Shown: one piece after another, positions 32,184-46,170 of the stretch | Position numbering within the stretch: position 1 is the stretch's first letter | How the letters are laid out: every line of letters begins with the position of its first letter | Source of the DNA: Perna viridis | Lineage: Eukaryota | Assembly (NCBI GenBank): GCA_037379345.1 | Contig: CM074515.1 | Location: forward strand, 21,638,001-21,702,000 | Reading direction: 5' to 3' | DNA length: 64,000 nucleotides | Notes under the pieces: model-generated | Databases searched by the model: none | Seen by the model: the letters and a program-made list of their open reading frames with translations, nothing else | What the model was told of the DNA's origin: nothing | Translations under genes and position numbers: made by a program

Positions 32184-35100
32184 TCAAAAGCCCTTAGTAG
32201 GTCCACTGTATCCTCTCATAGGTTTGACACTATGGAATGTCCACTGATCTGTTAATCCAAATTCACGTAAACTATTGACATTCTCAGTCTGTAACATGGT
32301 TGCTTTCTTTTCCCAGTTCAATTTTTCTTCTTCTAATTTCTCTATCAACTTACTCAAAGCATCCTGTTTAATTATAGATATAAACTATATAACAATATGT
32401 ACATTCATGAATGTTTTCTCATTGAATAATTAACCTAGGAGAAAACATTTGTGTATATCCCTATAGGGTTTGTAAGTCTCATTGTAGTTTCAGTTTCCCT
32501 TCTGGAATGTAGAACGTATCGAAATCTGAAGACTGGTCTGCATTTTATTGTTTACTTCCGGGAAATTGAAACACTATATCACAATGCAAAATCTTCTTTT
32601 TTTAAGCTTTTCTTTACGTCTTTATCCAGAAGAACAAGATATTTGTAATTTTTTTATCAGTATTTTTTTTCACAAAGAGATGTTTGCTTTGAACATTGAA
32701 CTCAATGCTATGTTAATGACAAATCTCTATGCATTTGAATGGGAGATGAGGACCCATTCTCATGAAATCACGGAGTCACGTGACGAGACTTACATATCCT
32801 ATACATGACACAAATTTCTATGGGAGCAGCAGACCCGAATATTGAACCTGGCCTGACATTTTGGTATTTTAGTGAGGTCTAAGCTTTGTTTTAATGTTTT
32901 TTTTTTTATTTCTTCCGTCTGTTACCGCCCCTACACAAACAACACAGAAAGAGACATAAAATACTGGTGGCTGTGTGTCCGTCCATCTGTTTTCGTGGAC
33001 TCAACCCCTCAAAAACCGCCCAACCATTTTTGTTTAAATTTGTAGTATGGTTTGTCACTATATGTAGTTGATCATAATTCATCAACACTTTGATTTGACA
33101 AATTTTACATGAGTTTATGGGACTTACTTGAATTTGTACATAATACACTAGGGGAACAATTTGTGGATGCAACTCCTCGGAAACTGCACAACAGATTTTT
33201 TAAAAAATTTTGTAGATTGTTAGTCACCATATGTAGTTGGTCATATTATGACTACCACCATTTTGATTTGACATATGAATTTAGTTCAATATGTACATGC
33301 TACACTTTGGGAACACTCAGAAACCCCTAACAGATTTTGTTTAAATTTTGTACCATATGCAGATGATCATATTGCACTGTGATTTTCATTCTACAAATTT
33401 AACAGGAGTTAGGAGACTTTTACAGTCCTCTTTTTAATTTTTTTTCTGGGGGAGGGGGGCATGTAGCTATGCAAAGAAATCTTGTTCAACTTATTTTACT
33501 TCTTGAACCAGGCCGTTTAATTAAGTTTTCATATTGTTCTACTATAGCAGATATGGTTCAATTTATTTCACTGATAAAGAATATTGGTACTAGACTTTTT
33601 ATAAGCATTTTTTTCTTGAATAACACCAAAAACCTTTTGAAAAGATACATTGCCTTATCAGTCCCTTCTTCAGCGTGAAAATATAACTCTAAGAAGGCTG
33701 AAATAAATTGGGAATTCTGATCTTGTTGCACTTACATCAAGGATTCTTTTGTAATCCTTTTCCATTTTGCGGATTTCTTTGTTTAAATCATCAATCTTTT
33801 CATCTTTCTCCTTGATAATCTGATCTCTCTCATCCTCTGTTTCCTTTAGTTTTATTTTAGTATCCTCTGTAAAAATGAAATTAATTTTAAATTTAACACA
33901 TCCTTCCTTTACAGCTTGGAATCTTGCTGTTAAATTTTATAAAGATCAACCAAGTAATATTCAAAATAAAGCATGAAACGAAATTTCCACCAAAGCCAAC
34001 AACATGGGTGATGGGTGCACCATACCGTTAAATGACTGCAAATTATTTGTTATCATATAAAAAGTATTGAAATACAGGACTAGTACATGTAGTGTATAAA
34101 ATTCTTACCAAGAGCTTTGTGCGTAAGTTGGAGTTCCCTCTCAGTCTGGTGTAGTTTCAATTGGAGACCAGTCATCATGTATTTGTACTGTCTGGTCATA
34201 TCTGTTAATAAAATATATGAACTGATAAAGCATGAAATTTGTACATAGATTGGTTTGATAACATTTGCATGCATTGCTCAGTGTGCATCATGTATTAGAA
34301 AATAAACTTGGTGCACTTTATTCTATTTCATCTTTTAAATCAAAAGCCTACCAATGGACTTTACAAACTTAATAAATTGGTGTATATCATGAGAAATGTA
34401 ACAGTTATAATAGTCAAATGTAAATACAGCAATTAAAATTTTATAAATGTACATGTATCAGGAGGTGAACAAAAACTTTTTAGATGTGTATCTTACTCTC
34501 AAAATACTTTACCTGCTGTAATGTCTTTCTGATCATTCTTGTGTCTCTCTAGTTCCTCCATGGCATTATTCATTTTAGCTTTCATTGAATCACTGTCTCC
34601 TTGTCCCCTCCTTGCCAATTCCTTTCTTACAGCTTTTCAATAAAAAAAAAATCAACAACTTCCACATGCAATGTCATATAAAACAACATGTCCTAGTTAA
34701 AATTTTCATATTGCTAAATATACCACATTTAAATATGTGATAAAGAAAAAAATTGTTAGTCAACCAAAAAAAAAATAATCATCAAACTTCAAACCATGAA
34801 CACTGTGGTTTGTGGTTGTTTATATTGTAAACAGATGAAGAAAAAAAAAGTAAACATAAAAAATAAATAATGGAAGTCCTAATAAAACCATTTTTATATT
34901 TGACTAAAACTTTGTTACCTAGCTGATCTTTCAAAGCTTCTATCTCATGAACAGTTTTCTTGTATTTGTCATCAAGTTCCATGGCCATAGGATCTGAAAG
35001 AAATATATTGAATCGTGTACATGTAGCAATATAATATCTATTCTACATGTACCAGGGTAAATGTATTTGAACCAAGGAAAATTGTTATTCATGAATAAAA

Positions 35101-38100
35101 ATGTTTTTTTCGTTTCTTATTGTATGAATCGAAATTTTTTTTAAGTAAAATCAAAATAATAATATCATTTTTCATTGGGATGCAACCCTTTTAATGATCA
35201 ATCTTAATTATTATTCTGATTACGTGAAACATGTACACACACCCTCACAGGAACTGTAATAATTTTTTAAGTAATATCAAAAGACATGGTAATTAATGTA
35301 TACCTGTTTACCATAGGATATTTTAAGGGCACCACATGTACATACATGAGGGAAATCAATTTACAAAAACCTGCAAAAAACAACCTTCAACCTTGATGTA
35401 AAACCACAGGCACTTGGAGCATGAATGGTTTTGACCACCATCCTTTTTTTAAGAACCAATATCTCTGTCTGATTCATTAATTTAATCGAAATTCGTATTT
35501 TTTCAATTTCTGGGCCCATTCATTGAAAATATCACAAAACCATCCATTTCCCAAGTATCTGTGGTCAGGGCTTATATTAGAGGGAGAAATGAGTAAAAAT
35601 ACCTCCTTGTTTGTGCTCACTTCTCCCATTTGTCTTTGACAGAGAGAAGTTTTTGAAATTGATATGTCACACACACAGACAAAAAAGGTCAATATTGTTA
35701 TATTTCAAACAGAATTTGCTAGAATTACTCCTTATCAATTGGGCCCTTAAAGTGTCATTAGTGTTTGCCAACACAATACATACATGTATAGGAAAACATC
35801 TTTAAATGCAAATTAGTTAAAAGAAAAAGAAAAAATAATTAATTGACCATGGTGCTAAATGATGAGGGCATGGACCAGGTCATGCTAAATTTGTCTATGG
35901 AGTAATCAAGGAAACCATGTTTCTAGTGGGAATCAAAACAATGCAAGGAGAGTATATTTACATACAATTGTGTAAATAGAGATCAAGTGTAACAGATTGG
36001 AGTATATTTGATGGAAATTCAAATCTCTTATGTTGCAACCATTTAATATGTAGGAGAGTTCTTGATGATGCCATCAGCAGTGAAAGAAATTAGCAGTAGA
36101 CCTACAGATCGAGTCTAAGTAAAATCAAGCAGGTCTATGTTGAAATAGGCTCAAGTTACTTTAAAATGTACAGTGCTGTCTACGTTGACAAAAAATTCAA
36201 TTTCTAACATTGTCATCAGGAACATATTATCTGGATTTTGGTTATCAAAAAATTCATAGTGTTGCATGGGGTATCAACTTCAAATCTTACCAACTTTTCC
36301 ATTATTTCAGATCCAAAATAAAAAAAAAATTCTGTTCCTTAAACTTCAAACAAAACTCTTTAGCAGTGCCAGTGGAATTTTCAGATAATTTGAAGTGATT
36401 GACTGATATTTAAAAAACTACACCTACATGTACAATGTATGTTATTTGAAATGTAGAGTCTATTTTTAATTATCGTATATCTTAAAAAACTTATATTTCA
36501 AGTTTCTAAGTTTTTAATTTACAGACAAAATATGAAATATTTTAATGAAAAAGAACCAAAGTAGGTTAAGAAATACATTTGTAACATAGTTATAACTATT
36601 TTGAAAACTGAGATCATTATCCTAAAATTTTTAATTGGACTGGCTAGAAAGTACATGTAGATCTATCCGTTTAAAACACAGAAGTAATTTTCGCCAATCC
36701 GCTTACCAAAGTTTTGTTATTCAATGAAAATCACTGTATGATAGCCAAATTTTTAGAGCAAAATATTAGCAATCTGTTTTCTTAAATTTTGGGCATGAAC
36801 TTGTTTCACAGGAGAGGACGAAAAATTGGCTAGCAAGAATTACTTTGACCAATACTGGTTAGAGAGTATATCTCATCAATTTCAATACAGAAGCATTTGT
36901 TGCAAATAGACAATATTCCAACTTGAGGAATTAATTTAGCTTTTCTCCATTTCTGGTAAAGATTATTTGGGGTAAAATGGCAGTTCACACAGTGTAGAGC
37001 AAGGGAGATTCTCACACAGGCAATTGTTTTTATGGATTTAAAGTAAAAAAAAAAAACAGATTCTTAACGCTTTACAATGCTCTTATTATCAACAAAAGGA
37101 AATTGGTGTTGATTATGATCATTTTGGAAGGCTAACATTGTTTCATACAAAACTTTTGATTTATGAATATCTTAATGTTGGTACCAGTTTTTCCATGACT
37201 GTTAACCTTTTAAATGCTCAAAGAGGGAGATCTACTTCTTTATAGCTTTTATTTTGATAGAAAACTATGTACAAAGATAAGACAAAGATATCAAATTTAT
37301 GATAATCTTGTTAACCTACTAAGGGTTCTAATCCAAATCTGAGAATTTACATTTGTGTAATACAACAAAAGGATTAATTATTTGTTGATTGTTTCTCAAA
37401 GATTATTGTGTTCCATGAAAATAGTACTTATATCAATTCAATAAGCCATTTAGAACATTATTTGTGCAATATTTCTGCTAATAGGGAGATTCAAGTCTCC
37501 CACATGGGAGACTTTCTCAAAGAGGGAGATTGATCCAAAAAGAGGGTGGGTTAACAGGTATGTTTTTTTTTCCAGTAGGACTGTATAATTACAAATTTGG
37601 GGTTTTCCCATTTGGAATAACACCTATCTGCTCACCAATATTTTATTCCTCAATGAAAACCATTGTATGATAACACATTTTTGAAAACAAAATATAAGCA
37701 ATCTGTAAGATGTTTTGTCTAAAATGTTTGACATGAACTTGCTTTACATGAAAGGATTAAAAAAAGAATTACTTGCCAGCAAGAACTACTCCTTGACCAC
37801 TGACCAGTATATCACAGCACGTTTTTTAACCAACATATTTGATACTTAATTATAATATGCAGTGTGATTGGCAACATATCCCAGTTTCCCTTAGCCTTAG
37901 CTTGGAGGGGGAACTAATTTAGCCAAATTTGGACAATGTCCCAAGAATCAAACTCAAAACCCTATCAGTATGGTTTGAACTTTGATGTGACTGATTTTGG
38001 ATTTAGATTAAGGGTTACAAGTCATGCAATTGCCTGTGATTTTTTTAGTTTTCAAAAATTTTACTGAAACCGAATCTTCACGCAATAGGTTTCAATCGTA

Positions 38101-38156
38101 CCATCCTTCTTTTTCTTCTTCCCCTTCCCCTTTCCTTTCTTCTTTTTAGGAGGCAT
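32184..38156 (-). CDS. CCDC153: Coiled-coil domain-containing protein 153 (dynein regulatory complex subunit DRC12), 217 aa, 6 exons: 38156-38102, 34993-34919, 34632-34513, 34201-34109, 33866-33736, 32363-32184
   Basis: GT-AG exons join in frame (654 nt): MPPKKKKGKGKGKKKKKD-DPMAMELDDKYKKTVHEIEALKDQL-AVRKELARR...KDITA-DMTRQYKYMMTGLQLKL...-EKDEKIDDL...-NWEKKATMLQTENVNSLREFGL. The basic N-terminus, DMTRQYK and LxEFGL are typical of CCDC153. Confidence 0.85.
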
Positions 38157-38434
38157 TTTCTTTTCTGCACTATCCTGCTTAATTCGGTATTTTATATTTG
38201 TTGTCAAACACGCACCACAGCACCGAAGTGTCTACTACTCTTACATATGATTGGTTAAAAATTGTACGATAGTCTGGTTTAAAATTTCTTATTTCTTTAT
38301 GCTAGCTCTTGGCATTCAAAAAGAAATAGAAACCAGATAATTTTTTGATCCTATCAATAGCACGCTTGAATTTCAAAGCAAATCTATACGTCATATTAAA
38401 CGCTCAATAGATTAAGTCTAATATTGTAAACATC
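38157..38434. promoter_or_regulatory. Bidirectional promoter region shared by CCDC153 (-) and UFC1 (+)
   Basis: Divergent ATGs only 278 bp apart. Contains ATTGG (CCAAT box, 38250-38254) and TACGTCAT (CRE/ATF-like, 38387-38394). Confidence 0.75.
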
Positions 38435-41400
38435 ATGGTCGACGAAGCCACGAAGCGAACTCTTGCACAGATTCCACTCCTTAAAACCAAAGCTGGACCA
38501 AGGGATGGAGAATTATGGGTTCAGCGACTTAAGGAAGAATACCAGTCCTTAATAAAGGTTGAAAAATGCAACTATCACTCTCTCAAATAAAAATATTTAA
38601 AATTTTCCCAGATTATTTCTTAACATATGTTAAAAAACAATCGTTGAACAGTCGTATTTCACCTCCCTGCAACCCTCCTATTTTATTTGGTTTATATTTG
38701 TAGTTATAAAAATGTACCATTAATAAACTCGAATTTATTTACAGTTCTGTACCGCTTGTCCTACACAGGTTACAGTCCAGTATAAACAAATTTTAAACTT
38801 AAAGTTAAATCAAATTGCAACAGAATATATACAGAAAAAAGTCTAATAAAAAATCTAAGTTGCAGAAAACTCAAATTAAGCATTTCAAAATGCCTATAGA
38901 AATTTACGTTGGAAAGGGCAGATACCTCAGTAAAAATATCATGTTTTTGTTCAGGATTTGTTATATTTTTTATCAGTTTCATGTAAAATATGATACTTAT
39001 GTGGAAGTTTTTTTTTCTCAATGACTATCACGCATAGTATGCTGTCCATGATATTTAAGTCATTTGGTTATGAAGGGTAAATTGATTTTTTGAGTAATTT
39101 CTGTCGGAGTGGATAAAAGCCTTGAGGTCTTTAATTTGAAATGTATGAAAGTTTTAAGTAGGTCAATGAGTGTCAATGCTACATCAGTTTTCAAAGACCT
39201 GGATTTAATAAAATTATTGTCTACTATACATGACAAATATGTTGTCGTACCATCAGACAAAGCCCAAAACAACATTGTTTTTGTCTGCAAAACGTTTTAT
39301 ATCCAATGATTATTATCAGGGGTAGACGTAGAAAATAATAGCAGTGATAAGACCTACACTGCTACTACACTGTCCAAAGAAGAGATAGTGGAAAACCATA
39401 AATTTGTGTTATCCTCTTTTGGTCTCTCTACCAAACACAATGATTGTGATTTACCATCTATGTACTGGATTCCGAAACTCCACAAAAATCCATGCAGACA
39501 ACGCTACATAGCTGGATCTGCAAAATGTACCATACCTATTTCAAACTTCTGTACTCACAGCTGTTAAAGAGGTCTCCAGTCCTACTACAACACTTCTTGC
39601 TCCTGTAGTGGTATTAATTCAGTGTGGATCCTGAAAAATTTGGAAGATCATCAGGAGACCTTCAATTCAAGATTATTATAAGAATACAATAGTATTAAAA
39701 TTGTATTAAAATCTATGATTTCTTAACACTTTATACTTCTATTCCCCATACTTAGTTAAAATCCTGACTCAAAAACATTATACATCATTGTTTATCCAAA
39801 AAAGATGGTACAGTTAGATACAAATATATGTAGTTCTTGGTAGGGATTCCTCATACTTGGTGAAAAATAATTCCAAATCATCTTCCAAATATACAGAAGA
39901 TGTTTTCAAAATGCTAGAATTTTTTATTGACAACATATTTGTCCTGTGTAGTTGACATGTTTTCAACAAATGGTCAGCATTCCAATGGGAAAAAATTGTG
40001 CTCCTCTACTTGCTGACCTATTCCTTCACTCTTATGAGGCTGACTTTATAGCTGATCTGATCTTAAAGAAATGACATCGCTTAGCGAGATCTTTTAATCT
40101 CAGTTTCCACTATATACATGTAGATGATGTATTATCATTAAACAACCCTAGTTTTGGGGATTTGATACATCACATCTACCCCCTAAGAACTTGATATAAA
40201 GGATACTACAGACACTGTGAAGTCAGCTTTATATCTTGACTTACATGTAGAGATCGATGGTAAAGGAAAACTTGTGACCAAACTTTTTTGACAAATGTGA
40301 TGACTTCACATTCAGAATTGTCAACTTTCCTTTCATCTGCGGCAACATCCCTTCAGCACTTTATATGGAATTTTCATATCATAACTGATATGTTTGGCTT
40401 CTGGAACATGGTTATGTTGCTACAAGATTGAAGTCATCACTACAGAAGTTTTATGGTTGTCATCATGAACTCATGGATCGTAACAGTGTATCCATCTGCA
40501 ATATGAAAGCTGATTTGTTCAACATGTAATAGTTTTCCTTTCCTCTTTCGTCTACCCTGGACTTGACTTTTTATGAGCAGCTTAGGGGGTGTTTCTAGAA
40601 AAGCAGGGGATGCTTAACGTTCTGATGCACCTGGTCCATACTGCCAGTTATAGTGGAGTCCGAGTTGATCATTTACCACATTCTTTATTTATTTTTTGTT
40701 GTGTTTGTCTTTTTTCCATGTCTATTCTTTGTCCCTGGATTACATTCTTTTGATTTCTGCTAGCATCTTGGTTCCCTTGATTAGTCTTTAATTACAGAAA
40801 ATTTATATATTCTGCCACTTCCATTTTTATTTTTTTTTAAATTGGTATTGTTTACATCTGCAAACTATCTATCAACAGTTTTGCCTTTGTTAAGAGAATA
40901 TTTTAACCACAAAAAGTAGAATATTTACATCATCACAATTGGAATTCTTTAACTTTATTATCTAGAAAATTGGGCAAATGGTTTACTATTTGTTTCAATA
41001 TCTAAGTTGTTGTTTTGTAAAAGATATGAAACCTCTTTATAAGTTGTAAATGGTCTTCTAATTAATGCTAAAATGAGCGCTATTGCTACACTTTATATAT
41101 CAGATACGACATTATTATAATTTTGTATAAAATTTTATTGTTTTTTTTTCAGCAATTTTTATCTCCCCTTTCCAATGTTAATTTCCATTGGAAATTTGAT
41201 TTGCTTATTTTGAAGTTTCTGCTTGTTGGATTGTGCTAGACCTTTTTCTGTATTCATTTGGGCTGTAATGCTATATGTTAAAGCTAAAATATCTTCTGTT
41301 GCAATTTGTTAAGATAAAGGGTAATATTTTACTGGATTGACTGGACTGATATCATTTTTCATTTGAAATTATGAATTGACATGAGGAAGGCAATGGCCAC

Positions 41401-44354
41401 CAGTGTGAGCAAAGTCTGAAGCAAAAGTATCAGGTTCCCTTTTTAACAAATTAGACCATGCCATTTATCATTTTGCCAATTGTTTTTTAGGAATTTTTCA
41501 TCAGTAGTAAGTGGGAGATGGCAAAGGGCATTCCAAATATTAAAAAAACTATCAGAAGAACTGTTCCTGGTTCAGCATAGATAGCAGGGTTTTATCAAGA
41601 TCCTTCTAACCAGGAATAGCTTTTTTGAAAATTAACATCGACTATTTTAACGTTTTGTATAGCCTGCATTTTTGCCGACGCAGTCAGTGTAAGTTTGCTT
41701 TTTGCCCCTTGTACGGAAAACGCAGGTAACCTGATTGCAATTCTGTTCCTCGATTGGCCAAATACTCATATTAACTTAGTGGCTATCAAGAAAACTATGT
41801 TGAAAATTGAAATTACATGCTATGTGTTTATCCCTGAATGAAATGTAGAAAATTATAAGTAAAAAGTACAAAATTTTATTGTGTCCGCTATCTTTTTTTA
41901 AAGATAGTATTTGTTACTATTCCTGAAGCTTTAATATATCCTGATGTAGTGCTTGAATGAAAGTTTCTCAAGTGTCAGTATGATGAATTTTTAGACAAAT
42001 TTCTATACAATTAAGGATGAGCTTTTTATTTATATAACCTCATATTTCAAACCATGTTGAAATGTCTTTTTTCCTCTACCAACTAAATTTGATATCCAAG
42101 AAAATAAATGAAGCCAAAGTATTATTATGACACACAAGTATAAGTTAAAAATGTTCCCTTTCTTTTCAGTATGTCCAAAACAACAAGGAAGCAGATAATG
42201 ACTGGTTTCGTTTAGAGTCCAATAAAGAGGGAACCAGATGGTTTGGAAAATGTTGGTATATATATGAACTACTAAAGTATGAGTTTGAAATAGAATTTGA
42301 TGTGAGTAATTTATTACAGTTATACCAGATATCATCCCAATTGTCAATTTAAAAAAATAGAAAAGTAAGTCATGCAGCTATTGCTCTTCTCTGCTATTGA
42401 AATAGTTCAATTTTAAGTAGCACTCCAGCTAAGAATCATGTAAAATGTGATTCATACGTAAAAAGCCTACATATTTTTATTTTTGATATTTTGTCTCAAC
42501 TGCCGTAGTAAACAAAAATTAATTTTCATTTTTTTCATATAACCCGTGTTCTTAGGAGATAAAAATTATATAGAATGCACTGTAGATTTCAAAATTAAGG
42601 GAGATAACTCTGTAAATGATACTCAAATACAATAGAAACTGTTGGATTTGCATTGTTGATTATCTGCTAAGAGCAGGCAGATTTGAATGAATAATTACAC
42701 AATTCATAGTATAGAGCCATAAAACAACTTAATTACAAAAATAAAAATATGTAGCCATTTTTAGGGTGTATCACATTTTTCAGATTTTGCATGATTCTTA
42801 CAGACAGCTACTTGATGTCCCATTTATCTGAATTTTAGTACTGTAATTTCATAATTGGTTGCGATTCCTTTTACAGGAACAAGTTGAGTGTTTTGTTTCA
42901 TATAACAATGATATTTTCAAAAGCATTAATTTTTTTTTCAATTGACTCAATTTAAGATTTTAAAAATGAAGTAGCCCTTTGTCGAAGAATTGTGCATAAT
43001 TAAGTTAGTCCAGGGATTTATCTGGGTATTTTGTTAAAAAAAAAATTATCAACAAATTTGCCATTTGGGATTCAAAATTAGGCAGGTAAAGTCAAAATTT
43101 TGGGAATATTGCATTTTCTTTCGGAAAGTGTCCTGTAAAACAGGACCCTGCTGAATGCTAGAAAAATCCAATTAAGTTACTTATAAGTGATTCATACATA
43201 AAGACCACATATATTTTATTTTTGATGTATGAAGCTAGCTTAAGGCAATTTATGGATTGATTTTTTCAAATGTTATCTAGCTTGCATATGCTAAAATAAT
43301 TAATTTCAGTCTGTGTAAAGTATCTCTAAAATATTCCCCAAAGCGATGGCGAAACAAACATTTTTCAGACTGATGTTTGTTAAAGATTGATCTAATACAT
43401 GGGATGATATTTTACATTGTTGCTTTATTTCAGATACCTGTAACCTACCCCACTACATCACCTGAGATAGCTATTCCAGAATTAGATGGAAAAACTGCCA
43501 AAATGTACAGGTAGGGATTTATACAGTTAACGGCTATAAAAGTGATGCATAAATCAATGGGAATAACTGGGTATTGATGTATAAAAGACAATTCCAGTCA
43601 AGATCTGCGTTTTATGGGGCTTAAAGCTTAAAAAAAAATGTAGCATTAATGTTTACATTTTAAGTTTAAAGGATTAAAATTGCAAGTTTATTTACCTTTA
43701 TACCATCCAGTTAATGTAGGTAGCAATATTTCAGTTTACAAATTTTAGCAGATACATTCCATACCAACAACTAAGCTTGTTGTATTTAGTATGTTCCATT
43801 TTATCTCTGTTCATGTTGATAGGATACAACAAAAATTGAGTGAATTTCTCTTTAATTTTGAAATGACTTTTTTTTATGTTTTCAGAGGAGGCAAAATTTG
43901 TTTAACAGATCATTTTAAACCTTTATGGGCCAGAAATGTTCCTAAATTTGGTATTGCCCACGCTATGGCTCTAGGGGTAAGTTGGAGTCTTTAAGGTTGT
44001 AATATGATGGCAGAAATGTATCAGCACAGTATCAATTAACTACTAATTAAAACTCATAGTACTAATGCATTTGCACTTCTGTAAACTTTTCATAGTAAAA
44101 ATTGCAATGGGAAATCAAAGATAGTTGCATTTAATTCGTAAACATGCAAAATGGAACATTGAAGCAGAATTCAACATTATCAAAGGAAGTAGTTTCTAAC
44201 ATGCAATTCATAATATTTACTCTTTCCATAAAATACACATGTAAAAACATATGTTCTATTCCAGTTGGGACCATGGCTAGCAGTAGAAATTCCTGATTTG
44301 ATACAGAAAGGTGTTGTAAAGCATAAGGAAAAAGAAAACGAAGCAGCCTCATGA
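38435..44354 (+). CDS. UFC1: Ubiquitin-fold modifier-conjugating enzyme 1 (UFM1 E2), 170 aa, 5 exons: 38435-38557, 42170-42301, 43434-43510, 43886-43976, 44265-44354
   Basis: [41 protein letters not shown] / [29 protein letters not shown] / [26 protein letters not shown] / [30 protein letters not shown] / [19 protein letters not shown] motif and catalytic Cys are present; 513 nt in frame. Confidence 0.98.
39145..40787 (+). mobile_element. Decayed, 5'-truncated Penelope-like retroelement (C-terminal RT, Naiad-type architecture) in UFC1 intron 1
   Basis: Fragmented frames: [95 protein letters not shown]. Many stops and frameshifts. No GIY-YIG domain after the RT; ends in the family 3' UTR. Confidence 0.8.
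42417..42811. mobile_element. About 390-bp MITE family, copy B (most complete; TTAA|GTAGC ... GCTAC|TTGA)
   Basis: TAAGAATCATGTAAAAT ... ATTTTGCATGATTCTTA TIRs with outer GTAGC/GCTAC termini. Confidence 0.8.
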
Positions 44355-44861
44355 TAAATCTTTCTTAGGAAAATCTTATTGTGCAATTAAAATTTTACTG
44401 AAGGCATTTTAGTAGAGATACTTCAACAGATGGTTATATTGTAATTGCCATTGAGCTAAAAGACATCATAGTGATGAACTGTTGGTAAAGTAAACAGTAA
44501 ACTTCCCAGATGTTCAAATTGATAGTTACCGTATACCAAAATTGCTGCCAAATTTATTTTGGTACAGTTTTACTGCATGATGGTATAGTTACTTTTGACT
44601 CTTCAACAAGCCTTCTACTGTTGTAAGTTGTTACATTGTAATGCATTAGTTCTGTGTTCAATTTGATAAAAAGTATAAAGTTTTCATAGTCTCAAGTGAA
44701 ATATTACAATGTTGTTGGTTCTTTAACTATAGTATAACAAGGAAGTGGCTACATATAGTTATTTTGCAAATAATGCAAGAATAATTGATTGGGCTATTTC
44801 TATGAAGTCTTTCATCTAATTTATTGTTCTTTTTGGTGCATTGTTCAATCAAGAATTGATA

Positions 44862-44867
44862 AATAAA
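44862..44867 (+). terminator. Candidate UFC1 polyadenylation signal
   Basis: AATAAA about 510 nt after the stop, followed by a GT/T-rich tract. Confidence 0.45.
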
Positions 44868-45102
44868 AAACTTGGTTTTATATTTATTATACATTTGTGG
44901 TTGTTTTTATATGCCAGTTTATTTATGCTGCTAATGTGGTATATCATTGTTTGTCCATTGAGCAATAAATTTTAATGTAAGTCAAATCCTTTGACAGATG
45001 TAAAGAAATGTTTGATACAATGTTTGCCATTGAAGAAGGTGTCTTCCTTCTGCTGTCATCATAAACTACTTCTTGTTTCACAGCTTTTGGGTTTTAATTT
45101 AA

Positions 45103-46170
45103 AACAAGAATCTCTCAGAAGCCTGAATCGCTGACCTGGTTAAATGTTTGCCTTTTAAGGGCAGTAAATTTAATAAGGACTTATCTAGCAAATTTGACTT
45201 AAGGAAACTTGGTAGGACTTATCACAAGGATCATTTCAGCAACTGAAAGAATTTGGCTAAACCTAACAGTTTTGGAGATGCATGCAAAAAACTACTTTCT
45301 GTCCCCTATGTTCTATTTTTAGTACCAGTGGCCATTTTTTCAATGGATCAAAATCACCACATCAGTTATATGCAGGATACCCCAGGAAACATTCATACCA
45401 AGTTTGGTTCTAATTGGTCAAGTAGTGTCAGAGGAGAAGATTTTTGAAAGAATTAACATTAAAAATAGCAAAAAATGTTGAAAAGGGGCAATAACTCCAA
45501 CATGGATTAACCGATTAAAATAAAAATTTAACCACAGATAGATCTTATCATGCTGAACACTTTTACCTTGTCAAAATTTTGCTAACCTAATGGTTTTGGA
45601 GATATTTGCGAAAAACTACTGTCTGACCCCCATGTTCTATTTTTGGTAATGGCAGTCATTATTTTTGACGGATCAAAAATCACCACTTCAGTTCTATGCA
45701 GGATACCCCAAGGAACATTTATACCAAGTTTGGTTCCAATTGGTCTAGTGGTGTCAGAGAAGATTTTTGAAAAATGTCATAAAAAAACAGCAAAAAACAT
45801 CAAAAAGGGCAATAACTCCAACATGGCCTAACACATTAAAACAAAAATTTGTTCAGAGATAAATCTCATCATGCTGAACATTTTTACTGGGCTTGAATTT
45901 GGCTTAACCTAACATTTATGGAAACATATGCAAGAACTACTTCCTCACCTCTGTGGTCTATTTTTAGGGACAATGTTTTTTTTTTTTTTCAATGGATCAA
46001 TAATCCCAACATCATTTCCATGCAGGATACCCAAAAGAACATGTATACAAAGTTTGATTCCAGTTGGTTAAGTAGTGTCAGAAGAAAAGCGTTTCGAAAA
46101 ATTGTTGAATATGATGAAAAATACCAAGTGATGACAATAACTCGCATGGCCTTTGGCTAGGTGAGCTAAA
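45103..46170 (+). mobile_element. Helentron-like non-autonomous element (HINE type) carrying about 3 internal tandem units of about 325-330 bp
   Basis: Starts aacaagaa...cgctgacctgg and ends ...ctcgcatggcctttggctaggtgagctaaaa (subterminal inverted repeat plus terminal hairpin). Internal repeats of atgcaggatacccc...taccaagtttggttc...gtgtcagag near 45370, 45700 and 46020. Confidence 0.7.

Noticed and set aside
39307-39309. TGA at a probable Cys position (FYIQ*LL) in the Penelope-like RT, suggesting a selenoprotein Naiad
   Set aside because: Other Cys codons are TGT/TGC, other stops fall at non-Cys positions, the copy is riddled with frameshifts, and I see no SECIS element. Ordinary decay explains it.
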